DNA from: Xanthobacteraceae bacterium | Lineage (GTDB): Bacteria > Pseudomonadota > Alphaproteobacteria > Rhizobiales > Xanthobacteraceae | Reading direction: 5' to 3' | DNA length: 64,000 bases | NCBI GenBank assembly: GCA_027493405.1 | Contig: JAOSKV010000001.1 | Coordinates: forward strand, 1,196,355-1,260,354 | In this document: positions 1-11,392 of the stretch, one piece after another | Numbering within the stretch: the first letter of the stretch is position 1 | How the letters are laid out: each line of letters begins with the position of its first letter | Notes under the pieces: model-generated | The model's input: the letters and a program-made list of their open reading frames with translations, nothing else | The model's database searches: none | What the model was told of the DNA's origin: nothing | Translations under genes and position numbers: made by a program

Positions 1-1012
1 TCGGGATGGAGCATGGTCACCCAGCCGGCCTCGGTCGAGCCGTAGAGCTCGAACAGGCCGGCATTGGCGAAATAGTCCATGATCGCCCGCTTGGTGTCGG
101 GCCGCGCCGGCGCCGAGGAGATCATCAGCTTGCGCACGCGCTGCGTGTCGCAGGCGCCGCGCACCGCCGCCGGGAGCTCGAGCATCATGATGTACTGCGT
201 CGGCACCAGCGAGGTGAAGCTCTCGCCCCCGTCGCGAAGGTGCGCAGGAAATGCTCCGGATCGAAGCTGCGCCGGCTGTAGACGCTGACCGCGCCGCCGC
301 AGGTGATCAGCGTCGAGGCGAAATAGAGCGAGTTGGCATGGCACATCGGCATCGCGAGCAGGCCCGAGTCCGCCACGTTGAAGCCGAGCTCGACCGCGGT
401 CACCAGCGAGAGCATCGCCCCGGCGCCGTGGCTGCGGATCGCGCCCTTCGGCTTGCCGGTGGTGCCCGAGGTGTACATCAGCATCCAGGGGTCGGCGGGC
501 GCCACCGCCCGCCCGGGCTCGCTGTCGCGGGCGCGCGCGAGCAGCGCCTCGTAGCCGAGATAGCCCGGCGCCGGCGCACCGATGATGATGTACCGGCCGG
601 CTTCGATCGGCAGGTCGCCGCGCACCTCCTCGATCGGCGCCGTGAGCGCGTCCTGCACGATCAGGGCGCGCGCGCCGCAGTTCTCGACGATGAAACGGAT
701 CTCGCCGGCGACCAGGCGGAAGTTGATCGGCACCGCGACGATGCCGGCCTTGGCGCTCGCCGCGTAGATCTCCAGCCACTCGACGCAGTTGTAGGCGAGC
801 ACCGCCACCCGGTCGCCTTTCGCGAGGCCGAGGCCGAGCAGCGCGTTCGCGAGCCGGCAGGCGCGCGCGTTCCATTCCCGGAAGCTCATGGCGCGATCGA
901 GGTCGCGCGCGCCGACCCGGTCGCCATGGACCCGGGCATGGCACGCCAGCACGTCCCCGAGATGCAGCAGCCCCGTCAACGAGAGCTCCGAACGATGGTT
1001 TCCCCGGCCCAT
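1..1012 (-). pseudogene. AMP-dependent synthetase/ligase (acyl-CoA synthetase family); 3' end runs off the window; frame break near 230-245
   Basis: ORF 185..1012 carries the AMP-binding signature MYTSGTTGKPKG. After ...FDPEHFLRT it turns into an Arg/Ser-rich tail and stops. Another frame continues with LRDGGESFTSLVPTQYIMMLELP...ELYGSTEAGWVTMLHP down to position 1. Confidence 0.85.
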
Positions 1013-1112
1013 GATGATCGCCGAACAGGTTTACCCTGGCAATGCAGGGCGCCTTTCCGGCCGTTGCGCTCCGGATCGGCTGATGTAGTCTTCCCGCGGG
1101 TCAGGGGGCGTC

Positions 1113-1643
1113 ATGCGCGGGATTTCCGGAATTTCGGGTGTGGTTGCGGTAGGGCTGCTGGGTCTCTTGTGGGCGACGGACGCGCCGGCGCAGTCGCCGT
1201 CGGCCGGGCAGCAGCAGCTGGAAAAATCGGCCGGCGACGTCCGGCCGGGCGGCGACGAGCGCTACACGCTCAAGCTGTGCAACGACTCGGCGCGCCAGTC
1301 CGTGTACGGCGCGATCGCGGTCTACGACCGCCCGACCGACGACAACGTCACGGTCCATGCCTGGTTCAAGATCGGGCAAGGCGCCTGCGCCAGTGTCGCG
1401 ACCCGCCGCTTCGGCAACTATGCCTCGCACAGCGTCTTCGTGCACGGCTATTCCGGCAACTTCGTCTGGCCGCCGTCCAAGAGCGTGGATCTCAAGCTCT
1501 GCGTCGACCGCAGCCGTCCCTACGAACGGCCGAATTCCAAGAACTACAAGTGCCGCGGCAACGAGGTCCTGCGCGGATTCCGCAAGATCAAGATCGAACG
1601 CGTCGTCGGCGACACCGCCCTGTTCACTTATACATTCAAGTGA
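1113..1643 (+). CDS. secreted hypothetical protein, DUF1036-like (tentative)
   Basis: ATG ORF of 176 aa. N-terminal signal peptide VVAVGLLGLLWATDAPAQS. The LKLCN...AIAVYD...WFKIGQGAC pattern resembles DUF1036 proteins, from memory. Confidence 0.7.
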   Translation: MRGISGISGVVAVGLLGLLWATDAPAQSPSAGQQQLEKSAGDVRPGGDERYTLKLCNDSARQSVYGAIAVYDRPTDDNVTVHAWFKIGQGACASVATRRFGNYASHSVFVHGYSGNFVWPPSKSVDLKLCVDRSRPYERPNSKNYKCRGNEVLRGFRKIKIERVVGDTALFTYTFK

Positions 1644-1707
1644 TCGGCCGCTTTTCGTATCGCCGCGGGCGCGGTCGCACGACCCCGCCAGAGGAGTCTC
1701 CGATCCC

Positions 1708-2134
1708 ATGGACTGGGTCTTCGACCAGGACGGCGTCGACTGGGAGGAGCTGTCGAACCTCTACGGGATCGCCCCGCTCGGCGAGAAGAGCGCGGCGGAT
1801 CTCGCGGTCGTCTTCACCAACAGCATGTTCAAGTGCTTCGTTTACGAGGGCGGGCGGCTGATCGGCGCCGGCCGCGCCGTCGCCGACGGGCGCGACTGCG
1901 CCTATCTGTGCGACATCGCGATCCATCCGGACCACCAGGGCCGCGGGCTCGGCCAGGCGGTGGTCGAGCGGCTCAAGGCGCTCGCGGCCGGGCACCGCAA
2001 GATCATCCTTTATGCCAATCCGGGCCGGGAGGGCTTCTACCGCCGGCTCGGCTTCCGCCGCATGCTGACCGCCATGGCGATCTTCCGCGACGAAGCGCAC
2101 GCCTTGCGGCACCGGGCTCGTGGCGGAGGACTGA
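1708..2134 (+). CDS. GNAT family N-acetyltransferase; probable 1-nt insertion near 2111-2117 (as sequenced the ORF stays open to 2295)
   Basis: MDWVFDQDGVDWEEL...; acetyl-CoA motif HPDHQGRGLGQAVVERL. After ...AIFRDEAHALRH the in-frame tail is Arg/Ala-rich and overlaps the convergent gene by 160 nt. The adjacent frame reads GLVAED-stop at 2132-2134, just before the neighbour's stop at 2136. Confidence 0.75.
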
Positions 2135-2135
2135 A

Positions 2136-3218
2136 TCAGGTCTTGGTGCGCGCCGGATCGATCGCGACGGCGCGCTCGCCGCGCGGGCTCTCGCTCCCCG
2201 CGATCCGCCGCAGCGCGCGCGTGACCGGCCGCTCGAAGGCGAGATGCACCGCGAGCGCCAGCGCGATCGCGCCCGCGATGGCGAGGCCGAGATAGAGCCA
2301 GGGCGCGGCGCCGACGTCGAGCTTCGCCCAGGCGGTGCCCTGCAGCACCGCGCGCACCGGAATCGAGTGCAGCAGATAGAGCGCGTAGGAGGCTTCCCCG
2401 AGCAGCACCAGCGGCCGCCAGCGCGGCGCGGCCGCGAGGTCGGCGAGCGCGACGCCGGCGACGACCATGGCGGCCGGCACGCCCCAGGCGAGGAAGCGCA
2501 GCCCCGAATAGCCCCAGGACGGCCACGGCGCGAGCCACGCGAGCGCGACACCCGCGAGGACCAGGAGCAGGCCCGCGGCGCGCGGCAGCCGCACGCCCGC
2601 GCGCCAGAGGAGCCCGAGCCCCATGCCGAACACGAACTCCAGCAGCATCGGGTCGAACCAGAAGGCGAGCGGCTCCGGCAGGCGAAACAGCGCGCCGAGC
2701 CCCACGGCGGCGCCGAGCGCGAGCGCGACCCGCGCCACGGCCACGTTCCGCGGCGCCGCGATCGCCAGCGCGAACACGGCGTAGAACAGCATTTCGTAAT
2801 TGAGCGTCCAGCCCTGCCCGACCACCGGCTGCATGATCCCGTCCGGCCGCGGATAGGGAACGAACAGGTAGGACGCGACGATGCTCCCGGCCGAATAGGT
2901 GCCGCTGCGGCCCGGCAGCGTGAAGGCCAGCACCACGTAGAGCGTGGTCACCAGCCAGTAGATCGGCACGATGCGGATCAGTCGCCGCACGAAGAACCGG
3001 CGCGCGCCGGCGCGCCGGCCGAACAGCGGCTCGCTCGCGTAGACCATCACGAAGCCGGAGATCACGAAGAACAGGTCGACCCCCGCATTGCCGAAGCCGA
3101 GCGGCGGCAGCGCGGCGCCGAGCCCGAAGCTGCGCTGCAGGTCGAACTGGAAATGCGACACTGCCACCGCCGTGGCCGCGAGCGCGCGGAGCACCTGGAT
3201 TCCGAGAATGGTCTGCAC
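2136..3218 (-). CDS. acyltransferase family 3 (OafA/YrhL-like) membrane protein
   Basis: ORF 2136..3293. Multi-TM protein with RALAATAVAVSHF...GVDLFFVISGFVM, typical of Acyl_transf_3. GTG at 3218 is preceded by GGGAGG 8 nt upstream. The ATG at 3293 lies inside the junk tract. Confidence 0.85.
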   Translation of the reverse strand: MQTILGIQVLRALAATAVAVSHFQFDLQRSFGLGAALPPLGFGNAGVDLFFVISGFVMVYASEPLFGRRAGARRFFVRRLIRIVPIYWLVTTLYVVLAFTLPGRSGTYSAGSIVASYLFVPYPRPDGIMQPVVGQGWTLNYEMLFYAVFALAIAAPRNVAVARVALALGAAVGLGALFRLPEPLAFWFDPMLLEFVFGMGLGLLWRAGVRLPRAAGLLLVLAGVALAWLAPWPSWGYSGLRFLAWGVPAAMVVAGVALADLAAAPRWRPLVLLGEASYALYLLHSIPVRAVLQGTAWAKLDVGAAPWLYLGLAIAGAIALALAVHLAFERPVTRALRRIAGSESPRGERAVAIDPARTKT

Positions 3219-3240
3219 GTGTCCGCCTCCCTTTTGGGAG

Positions 3241-3587
3241 CCCCCCACGCTGGCGGGCCGCGGCGCCCCCCTCCCGGCCCCCCCCCCCCCCACACTCCCC
3301 TCCTAAAAAACCCCCCCCCCCCCCCTTCCCTCCTCCCCCCCCGCTCCCCCCCCCCCCCCCCCAAAAAAAAGAAGCAAAATGTTAGGGTGGCGCCCGTTGG
3401 GGGCCCCCCAGGCGGGGGGCCGCCGGGCCCCCCCCCGGGGGCCCCCCCCCCCCCGCCCACACACCCCCCAGAAAGCCCCCCCCCCCCCACCCCCCACGCG
3501 CGCCCCCGCGGGGCGCGCGCCCCCCCCCCCCCCACAAACGAAAGGAAAAAAAAGAGAAAGAGAGGGGGAGGGGGGGGGGGGGGGGGG
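3241..3587. other. low-complexity homopolymer tract (poly-C, poly-G, poly-A runs), probably a sequence or assembly artefact
   Basis: About 350 nt made almost entirely of C, G and A runs. Every frame gives Pro/Gly/Lys-rich nonsense. It abuts the truncated 5' end of the coxL-like gene. Confidence 0.8.
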
Positions 3588-5882
3588 GTGGAGGACCAGC
3601 GCTTCATCACGGGCCAGGGCCGCTATGTGGACGACATCACGCTGCCGAACCTGTGCCACGGCGTGACCGTGCTCTCGCCCCACGCCCACGCCCGCATCAG
3701 GCGGATCGACACCGCCCGGGCGAAGGCCGCGCCCGGCGTGCTGCTGGTGCTCACCGGCGCGGACGCCGCGGCCGAGAAGCTCGGCGCGCTCACCGCCCAT
3801 GTGATGCCGGAGGACTTCGGCGCGCCCAAGGGCCACCGCGTGTTCCTGCCGCTGCTCAACGCCGAGAAGGTGCGCTTCGCCGGCGACCGTGTCGCCTTCG
3901 TGGTCGCCGAGACCGAGGCGCAGGCGCGCGACGCCGCCGACCTGGTCGAGGTCGACTACGAGCCCCTGCCCGCCGTCGTCCTGCTCGACGACGCCGCGAA
4001 ACCGGGCGCGCCCAAGGTGTGGGACGACTGCCCCGAGGGCAATGTCGCGTTCCGCCTGATGTTCGGCAGCAAGGAGGCGACCGACGCCGCCTTCGCGGGC
4101 GCCAGGCACGTGGTCGCGCTGCGCGTCGAGAACAACCGGCTGGCGCCGGTCTCGATGGAGCCGCGCTGCGCGATCGGCGACTACAATGCCGCCGACGACT
4201 TCTACACCCTGCACACCTCCTCGCAGAACCCGCACGGCGTGCGCATGGAGATGTCCCACATCTTCCACGTGCCCGAGAACCGGGTGCGGGTGGTCTCGCC
4301 CGACGTCGGCGGCGGCTTCGGCCTCAAGGGCAGCGTGTTCCCGGACGACGCGCTGGTGCTGTGGGCCTCGCGCCGCCTGCGCCGCCCCGTGAAATGGGTC
4401 GCGACCCGCGCCGAGAGCATGCTCACCGACCATTGCGGCCGCGACATCGTCCACAGCGGCGAGATCGCCCTCGACGAGAACGGGAAGATCCTGGGCATCC
4501 GCCAGCAGTCGCTGTTCCAGGTCGGCGCCTATTTCGTCGGCGCCGGACTGGTGCCGGCCGCCTTCGCGCTGCGCTTCATCCCCGAAGCCTACGACGTGCA
4601 GAACATCCACATCATGACCACGGGGCTGTTCACCAACACGACCCAGACCGGCCCCTATCGCGGCGCCGGCCGGCCCGAGGCCGCCTACTTCACGGAGCGC
4701 CTGATCGAGCATGCGGCGCGCCGGATCGGCATGGACCCGGCCGAGGTCCGCCGCCGCAACCTGATCCCGCCCGCCAAGCTCCCCTATGCGACGCCCACCT
4801 TCTGGACCTACGACAGCGGGGAGTTCGAGCGGATCCTGAACAAGTGCCTCGAGCTCGCCGACTGGAAGGGCTATGCGGCGCGCAGGAAGGAGAGCGAGAC
4901 GCGCGGCCGCCTGCGCGGCCGGGCCGTGAGCTACTACATCGAGTTCGGCGGCATCTTCAACGAGCGCATGGAGATCCGCTTCGACCCGGGCGGCTCCGTC
5001 ACGGTGTTCGGCGGCACCCATTCGCACGGCCAGGGCCATGCCACCGTGTTCGCGCAGCTGGTCCACGACTGGCTCGGCGTGCCGTTCGACCAGATCCGCT
5101 ACGTGCAGGGCGACACCGCCCAGGTCGCCATGGGCCGCGGCACCTATGGCGCGCGCAGCGCCGTGGTCGGCGGCAGCGCCCTGAAGGTGGCGGCCGACCG
5201 CATCCTCGAGAAGGCGAAGCCCATGGCGGCCGCCCTGATCGAGGCGGACGTCGCCGACCTCGAGTTCAAGGACGGCAGCTTCCGCGTCGTCGGCACCGAC
5301 AAGGCGATCGCGCTGACCGACGTCGCCAAGGCCTTCTACGCGCCGATGGGACCGTTGACCCGGAAGCTCGGCGTCGGCCTCGACGCCGAAGGGAGTTTCA
5401 GCCCCGAGCCGCCGAGCCATCCGAACGGCTCGCATGCCTGCGAGCTCGAGGTCGATCCCGAGACCGGCGAGGTCACGATCGACCGCTATGTGGTGGTCGA
5501 CGACCTCGGCCGCGTGCTCAATCCCATGATCGTCACCGGGCAGATGCACGGCGGCGTCGCCCAGGGCATCGGCCAGGCGCTCTACGAGCACCAGCTCTAC
5601 GACCGCGAGTCCGGGCAGCTGCTCACGGGGAGCTTCATGGACTATACGATGCCCCGCGCGGACATGCTGCCGCGCTTCGAGACCGCCCTCGAGGAGGTCC
5701 CCTGCAAGACCAACCCGCTCGGCGTGAAGGGGATCGGCGAGTCCGGCACCATCGGCGCCCCGCCGACCGTGATCAACGCCGTCATCGACGCCCTCGCCCC
5801 CCTCGGCGTCGACCGCATCGACATGCCGGCGACCCCGCTGCGCGTCTGGCAGGCGATAAAGGCCGCGCGCGGCGGCGCGTAG
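3588..5882 (+). CDS. xanthine dehydrogenase family / CoxL-like molybdopterin-binding large subunit; 5' end lost in the homopolymer tract
   Basis: The recognisable protein starts at VEDQRFITGQGRYVDD, which normally sits 10-15 residues into these proteins. GPYRGAGRPEA motif (form II CoxL-like, not AYXCSFR). C-terminal GVKGIGESGTIGAPP. Confidence 0.9.
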   Translation: MEDQRFITGQGRYVDDITLPNLCHGVTVLSPHAHARIRRIDTARAKAAPGVLLVLTGADAAAEKLGALTAHVMPEDFGAPKGHRVFLPLLNAEKVRFAGDRVAFVVAETEAQARDAADLVEVDYEPLPAVVLLDDAAKPGAPKVWDDCPEGNVAFRLMFGSKEATDAAFAGARHVVALRVENNRLAPVSMEPRCAIGDYNAADDFYTLHTSSQNPHGVRMEMSHIFHVPENRVRVVSPDVGGGFGLKGSVFPDDALVLWASRRLRRPVKWVATRAESMLTDHCGRDIVHSGEIALDENGKILGIRQQSLFQVGAYFVGAGLVPAAFALRFIPEAYDVQNIHIMTTGLFTNTTQTGPYRGAGRPEAAYFTERLIEHAARRIGMDPAEVRRRNLIPPAKLPYATPTFWTYDSGEFERILNKCLELADWKGYAARRKESETRGRLRGRAVSYYIEFGGIFNERMEIRFDPGGSVTVFGGTHSHGQGHATVFAQLVHDWLGVPFDQIRYVQGDTAQVAMGRGTYGARSAVVGGSALKVAADRILEKAKPMAAALIEADVADLEFKDGSFRVVGTDKAIALTDVAKAFYAPMGPLTRKLGVGLDAEGSFSPEPPSHPNGSHACELEVDPETGEVTIDRYVVVDDLGRVLNPMIVTGQMHGGVAQGIGQALYEHQLYDRESGQLLTGSFMDYTMPRADMLPRFETALEEVPCKTNPLGVKGIGESGTIGAPPTVINAVIDALAPLGVDRIDMPATPLRVWQAIKAARGGA

Positions 5883-5940
5883 GACGCGTGGGCATCGCGC
5901 CGAGCGCAGGCGCGGGTTGATAACTCCGCGAGCGCGATGC

Positions 5941-7617
5941 CTACGGCTTGACCGCCGCGCCCGGCGGGAAGTCCGCGAAGCCGCGCGCGTGAGGCGGAAG
6001 GCCGCGCAGGTCCTGGACGACGCCGATCACGACGCCCTCGCGCGCGATCGTGAAGACAATCGGGCCGCGCAGCACGCGGTCGCAGTTCATGTGGGTCGGC
6101 GCGATGAAGAAATCGGCCTCGAGCCAGCCCGCCGTCCATTGGAAGCGGCCGCGGGCGGCGTGCTCGAACGAGATCCGCTCGCCGCACACCCCGACCGTGT
6201 GGCGCGCGCCGGTCGCCCCGACAGGGCCCGCGAGCCCCTTCACGGCCTCCGGGATCATGTTCACCCAGTAGTCCATTTCGTAGCGGCGCGACGCGCCTTC
6301 GAGGCCGCCGACCAGCGCGTTGTAGAACAGGTACTGGTGCGGATGCAGACGCACGAGCTGCTGCGCGTTCCAGAGGAAGAGAGCCGCGAGCCCCGCGAGC
6401 GTCGCCGTCGCGGCCGCCGGTCCGACGCGTTCCGTCGCGACGAGCAGCCGATCGAAGCCGATGCCCGCCAGCACCGCCAGCGCCGGCACCACGAACAGGA
6501 AGTGCCGCATCCCCGTGAAGGCCGGCGCGTGCAGCGCCGCCGCAGCGGCGACCGGGAAGAGCGCGAGGAAGGCGATCAGCCCCATCAGCTCCCGGCGGGG
6601 GCCGAGCGCCTCACCGGCCGGCCGCGGCCGGATCGCCGCAGCGAGCGCGAGGAGCGCGCCGGCATGGACCAGCAACGGCACCTTGATCGCCAGATAGGCC
6701 GGCACGTACCAGCGCGGCACCGCGTCCATCCGATAGACCTGGCCGGCCAGGATGGTGCGGATCTCGTAGTGGAAATGCGCGAAGGTCCACAGCGCCCGGA
6801 TGGGGTTGAGCGGCGCCAGCGCGGCAAAGGGCCAGGCCGCGATCATGACCGCATAGCCGAGGACGATCGCCGGCAGGAAGCGCAGCGCGCTCCGCCCGAC
6901 GAAATCCGCGCGGCCGCGCCAGCTCGCCTCGCAGGCGAGGGCCCGCCACAGGATCACGAGACCGAGATAGGCCGGCAGCAGCAGGCCCATGGCGCGCAGG
7001 CCGAGCGCCGCGCCGAGCATGAGCCCGAAGCCCGCGACATCCACGGGGCGCGGCCGCGGCAGGTCGCCGGCGCCGCGCACCAGGAAGAAGGTCGCGCCGA
7101 TCATCGCGGCCGCGAACGGCACGTCCTTGGTGTGGTTGAACATGCCGCCGAACCAGACGCCGCAGGCCGCGAGCGCGGCGGCCGCGAGGAATCCGGCGCG
7201 CGGTCCCGCGATCGCCCGCGCGGTGGCGGCGGTGGCCGCGATGCCGCCGATGCCGATCAGCGCGCTCAGGAGATGGCGCATGGCATAGAGATCGAACGGC
7301 AGGACGCGCCCGAGCAGCGCGGCGACGATGTCGAACAGGCCGCCGTAGAGGTAGAGGTTCTTGAAGCCGAACAGCGTGCGGTCCGAAAGGCCGCTCGCGT
7401 AGTAGGCGAGGATCAGCTCGCCGTAGCGCTGCTGCACCTCCTCGTCGTTGGAAATCGCATAATCGTCGAACACCACGAGCGCGACGACGGCGAGCCCGCC
7501 GAGCAGCGCCCAGGTCAGGACGTCATAGGGGTCGCGCCGGACCCGGCGCGACCGCGGCACCCCTGGAAGACCCGGCATCGACTTGCGGGCGCGCCCGCGA
7601 GAGGGTCCCGACGGCAT
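5941..7617 (-). CDS. glycosyltransferase family 39 (PMT/ArnT-like) membrane protein
   Basis: ORF 5941..7818. Polytopic N-terminal half with a loop-1 acidic motif FDDYAISNDEEVQ, plus a soluble C-terminal domain. Start is uncertain (Met at 7617 or 7578); the first 67 codons of the ORF are Arg/Pro-rich and unlikely to be coding. Confidence 0.75.
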   Translation of the reverse strand: MPSGPSRGRARKSMPGLPGVPRSRRVRRDPYDVLTWALLGGLAVVALVVFDDYAISNDEEVQQRYGELILAYYASGLSDRTLFGFKNLYLYGGLFDIVAALLGRVLPFDLYAMRHLLSALIGIGGIAATAATARAIAGPRAGFLAAAALAACGVWFGGMFNHTKDVPFAAAMIGATFFLVRGAGDLPRPRPVDVAGFGLMLGAALGLRAMGLLLPAYLGLVILWRALACEASWRGRADFVGRSALRFLPAIVLGYAVMIAAWPFAALAPLNPIRALWTFAHFHYEIRTILAGQVYRMDAVPRWYVPAYLAIKVPLLVHAGALLALAAAIRPRPAGEALGPRRELMGLIAFLALFPVAAAAALHAPAFTGMRHFLFVVPALAVLAGIGFDRLLVATERVGPAAATATLAGLAALFLWNAQQLVRLHPHQYLFYNALVGGLEGASRRYEMDYWVNMIPEAVKGLAGPVGATGARHTVGVCGERISFEHAARGRFQWTAGWLEADFFIAPTHMNCDRVLRGPIVFTIAREGVVIGVVQDLRGLPPHARGFADFPPGAAVKP

Positions 7618-7765
7618 CGTCGGGCCCGTGCGGTCGCGCGCCCCACCCCTCCTTGGCCCCACCGGTCGTTGCGCCGGTGTTCGCCGGCATGATGCGGCGG
7701 CCGCCGGCCCGGATGCAAGCCGGCCACCGCGATTCGCCGGCTGCGTCGGGCCGCCGAAAGTCACC

Positions 7766-7779
7766 TTGACCAAAATCAA
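7766..7779. promoter_or_regulatory. FixK/FNR-type box TTGACCAAAATCAA between GT39 gene and ctaD
   Basis: Matches TTGA-N6-TCAA exactly, with half sites TTGAC/ATCAA. Lies 126-139 nt upstream of the ctaD ATG. Confidence 0.5.
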
Positions 7780-7904
7780 GTAAGCGCCGCAGCCCCTGTC
7801 CAACAGTTGCGCCCGCAACGACCGGCTGTCCCCCGCACCGGCCCCCCACCCCGACCAGCCCCGCGGCGCGCGGCGCCGTGCGGCGGAGCGCGAAAGGTTC
7901 GACC

Positions 7905-9577
<1,673 letters not shown>

Positions 9578-9581
<4 letters not shown>

Positions 9582-10546
9582 CCACGCGCGCGCAGCCCGC
9601 ATCCCTGATCCGCGAAGGCGCCGACCTGGCGCCGACGGTGGGCCCCGGCATGCGCGCCGAGCCCAGCATGGCGACGGTCGGCGACTACCTGGCGCTGATG
9701 AAACCCCGGGTGATGTCGCTCGTCGTCTTCACGGCGCTGGTCGGGCTTCTGGTCGCCCCCGGGGCGGTGCATCCGCTGATCGGCTTCACGGCACTGCTCT
9801 GCATCGCGGTGGGAGCGGGCGCCTCCGGCGCCCTCAACATGTGGTACGACGCCGACATCGACGCCGTGATGACGCGCACCGCACGCCGCCCGATTCCGGC
9901 CGGCCGCGTCCTGCCGGGTGAGGCGCTCGCCTTCGGGCTGACCTTGAGCGTCGGCTCGGTGGTGGTGCTCGGACTGCTGGTCGATCCGCTCGCGGGCGGG
10001 CTGCTCGCCTTCACGATCTTCTTCTATGTCGTCGTCTACACGATGTGGCTCAAGCGCGCGACGCCGCAGAACATCGTGATCGGCGGCGCGGCGGGCGCGT
10101 TCCCGCCCATGATCGGCTGGGCGGCCGCGACCGGAGCCGTCGGGCTCGAGCCGATCCTGTTGTTTCTCATCATCTTCTTCTGGACGCCGCCGCATTTCTG
10201 GGCGCTGTCGCTCTACCGTGCCGGCGATTATGCGCGCGCCGGCGTACCGATGCTGCCGGTGGTCTCGGGCAGCGAGGAGACGCGCCGCCAGGTCTTCCTC
10301 TACACCCTGGTGCTGGTGCCGCTCGGCGTCGCGCCCTGGCCGCTGGGCTTCGCCGGGGCGCTCTACGGCGCGCTCGCGATCGTGACCGGCGCCATCATGC
10401 TGGCGCTCGCCTGGGCGGTGCGCCGCTCGGACGCCGAGAGCGCCGCCCGGCGGCTGTTCGCCTTCTCGATCCTCTATCTGTTCCTGCTCTACGCGGTGCT
10501 GCTGGTGGACCGGCTGGCGCCCGCCGGCTTCGGGCTCGGATCATGA
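9578..10546 (+). CDS. ctaB: protoheme IX farnesyltransferase (heme O synthase)
   Basis: [18 protein letters not shown]...[23 protein letters not shown]...[12 protein letters not shown], typical of the UbiA-family CtaB/CyoE. Confidence 0.92.
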
Positions 10547-10707
10547 GCGCGCCCCATGACCCGGACTGGGTGGAACTCACCGAGGAGCAGAGGAAGCGCC
10601 GGCGCGCGCGCTCGATTGCGATCGCGCTCTCGCTCGGCGCGCTGGTCGTGCTGTTCTACCTGGTCACCCTGGTCAAGGGACCGGGCGTGCTGAACCGGCC
10701 TTTGTGA
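10543..10707 (+). CDS. small membrane protein of the cox cluster (54 aa, CoxF-like position)
   Basis: The ATG overlaps the ctaB stop (ATGA). One TM segment, [20 protein letters not shown]. The position between ctaB and ctaG is conserved in alphaproteobacterial cox clusters. Confidence 0.65.
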   Translation: MSAPHDPDWVELTEEQRKRRRARSIAIALSLGALVVLFYLVTLVKGPGVLNRPL

Positions 10708-10720
10708 CGAGCGAGGCAGG

Positions 10721-11338
10721 ATGTCCATGAGCCAGGCGCCGATACCGCGAGCCGCGCAGCCGACCACCCGCCGGGACCTGGTCGTGGCGGCGGCCTGCGG
10801 CGCGTTCGTGGCGCTGATGGTCGGCGCCTCTTTCGCGGCGGTACCCTTCTACGACTGGTTCTGCCGCACCACCGGCTTCGGCGGGCGCACCCAGGTCGCG
10901 ACCGCGGCGCCGGGCGAGGTGCTGGCGCGCAGGCTCACGGTGCGCTTCGACGCCAATGTCGCGGGCGGTCTGCCGTGGCGCTTCGTCCCGGAGCGGACCT
11001 CGCTCGAGGTTCGGCTCGGCGAGGTCGTGACCGTCAACTACACGATCACCAACCTCGCGGCGCGCGAGACCGTGGGGCAGGCGAGCTACAACGTCGCGCC
11101 GTCCACCGCCGGCATCCATTTCCAGAAGATCAACTGCTTCTGCTTCACCGACCAGGCGCTGGCGCCCGGCGAGCGGCGCGAGATGGCGGTGGTCTTCTAT
11201 GTCGACCCGGCGCTCGCGAAGGACCGCGAGCAGGACGGGCTCAACACCATCACGCTCTCCTACACCATGCATCCGCTGCGCAGGCCGGACCGCCCGGTCG
11301 CGGAGGGCAACGGCGCCTTGCCGCCGGGACGAAGCTGA
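10721..11338 (+). CDS. ctaG: cytochrome c oxidase assembly protein CtaG/Cox11
   Basis: [18 protein letters not shown]...[12 protein letters not shown] motifs. GAGG-like RBS upstream. Confidence 0.92.
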   Translation: MSMSQAPIPRAAQPTTRRDLVVAAACGAFVALMVGASFAAVPFYDWFCRTTGFGGRTQVATAAPGEVLARRLTVRFDANVAGGLPWRFVPERTSLEVRLGEVVTVNYTITNLAARETVGQASYNVAPSTAGIHFQKINCFCFTDQALAPGERREMAVVFYVDPALAKDREQDGLNTITLSYTMHPLRRPDRPVAEGNGALPPGRS

Positions 11339-11392
11339 CTTACGCGTAGTGACGGCGCCGGGGCGCGCCGAAAGAGGACGGAGACGAGCACG

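Noticed and set aside
1833-3587. N-terminal 585 codons of the 1349-aa ORF 1833..5882
   Set aside because: This is read-through across an antisense acyltransferase gene and the homopolymer tract. Only the part from VEDQRF (3588) onward is recognisable protein.
3062-3666. Pro/Gly-rich ORFs (3062..3610 minus, 3379..3666 plus) that could be mistaken for collagen-like or PE/PPE-like repeat proteins
   Set aside because: They are translations of poly-C and poly-G runs in the junk tract. They have no start context and no periodic repeat unit.
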